Shown here: positions 63,805 to 64,000 of the stretch, piece after piece
Position numbering within the stretch: the first letter of the stretch is position 1
Layout: each line of letters starts with the position of its first letter
IMG/VR virus record: IMGVR_UViG_3300045051_000014
Reading direction: 5' to 3' (one strand)
DNA length: 64,000 nt
Origin: a virus
Taxonomy: Duplodnaviria > Heunggongvirae > Uroviricota > Caudoviricetes
Notes under the pieces: model-generated
Database searches by the model: none
What the model saw: only the letters and a program-made list of their open reading frames with translations
Told to the model about the DNA's origin: nothing
Program-made: the position numbers and the translations under genes

Positions 63805-64000
63805 TCTTCATGTCTTCGACATAGACGACACGCTATTCCATACGACCGCAAAGGTCCACGTAAAGAAAGACGGCAAGACCGTCCAGAAGCTCTCTTCGGC
63901 TGAGTATAACAGTCACTCGCTCCCACCGGGACACGAATATGACTATCACGAATTCCACTCAGCCCACAAATTTAACACCGAATCGAAGCCTGTCCACCGC
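63770..64000 (+). CDS. HAD-superfamily phosphatase (partial, 3' end outside window)
   Basis: HVFDIDDTLFHT matches HAD motif I DxDxT. Confidence 0.5.
   Translation, partial: MKRFKEFIAESSLHVFDIDDTLFHTTAKVHVKKDGKTVQKLSSAEYNSHSLPPGHEYDYHEFHSAHKFNTESKPVHR

Noticed and set aside
1-64000. CRISPR arrays, integrase/recombinase, transposase, toxin-antitoxin pairs
   Set aside because: No regularly spaced direct repeats; no tyrosine/serine recombinase or DDE motifs seen in any ORF

Overview
The window is a gene-dense stretch of a large tailed dsDNA phage genome. Almost everything is on the + strand, genes are short and tightly packed, and ATGA start/stop overlaps are common. From 5' to 3' it contains:

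1. 1-3330: dTDP-sugar genes, namely a partial rmlB carrying an in-frame TAG, rmlA, an RfbH/DegT-like PMP enzyme and an SDR.
2. 3357-11808: a block of unusually Lys/His-rich basic proteins. One has ligase-like nucleotidyltransferase motifs and one is a cytidylyltransferase-like plus P-loop-kinase fusion.
3. 12033-13688: the lysis cassette, with a GH19 endolysin, a holin candidate and an i-spanin with an embedded lipoprotein o-spanin.
4. 14117-24516: replication and nucleotide metabolism genes (Zn-finger/Toprim primase, ThyX, class II RNR) followed by a glycan/methylation cluster (TPR-MTase, GT+FkbM MTase, O-MTase, UXS-like SDR).
5. 24518-41320: many small early-type ORFs plus a metallophosphoesterase, an SPFH lipoprotein, a TROVE/Ro60 (Rsr-like) gene preceded by a ~380-nt promoter-driven structured non-coding leader, two prolyl-hydroxylase-like 2OG oxygenases, MazG and an AAA ATPase.
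6. 41330-48110: a promoter-driven array of about 40 tRNA genes, all + strand with CCA encoded. It includes four Leu-anticodon tRNAs of class-I length and several tRNAs with non-canonical T-loops. Interspersed are tRNA-like or Y RNA-like modules sharing the motif ACAGCAAACCAAAT with the Ro60 leader, structured spacers, and one minus-strand sulfotransferase-like gene.
7. 48195-58475: two HNH endonucleases, a split RNA-repair set (P-loop polynucleotide-kinase-like, RNA-ligase-like, calcineurin-type phosphoesterase, GGQ peptidyl-tRNA-hydrolase/ArfB-like, ATP-dependent DNA ligase) directly followed by NAD+ salvage genes (NadM-Nudix, NadV).
8. 58476-64000: further small early ORFs and a partial HAD phosphatase at the 3' edge.

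Recurrent regulatory sequences are near-identical sigma70-like promoters (TTGACA-N17-TATACT containing GATTAGTCTGTATACT) and a phage-specific intergenic element CGTAAGTCCTTGATT-N6-AGGGTT (7 copies, 4 of them with a conserved GC-rich upstream module).

No CRISPR array, integrase or transposase was seen. tRNA anticodon assignments were made by manual folding and should be confirmed computationally.
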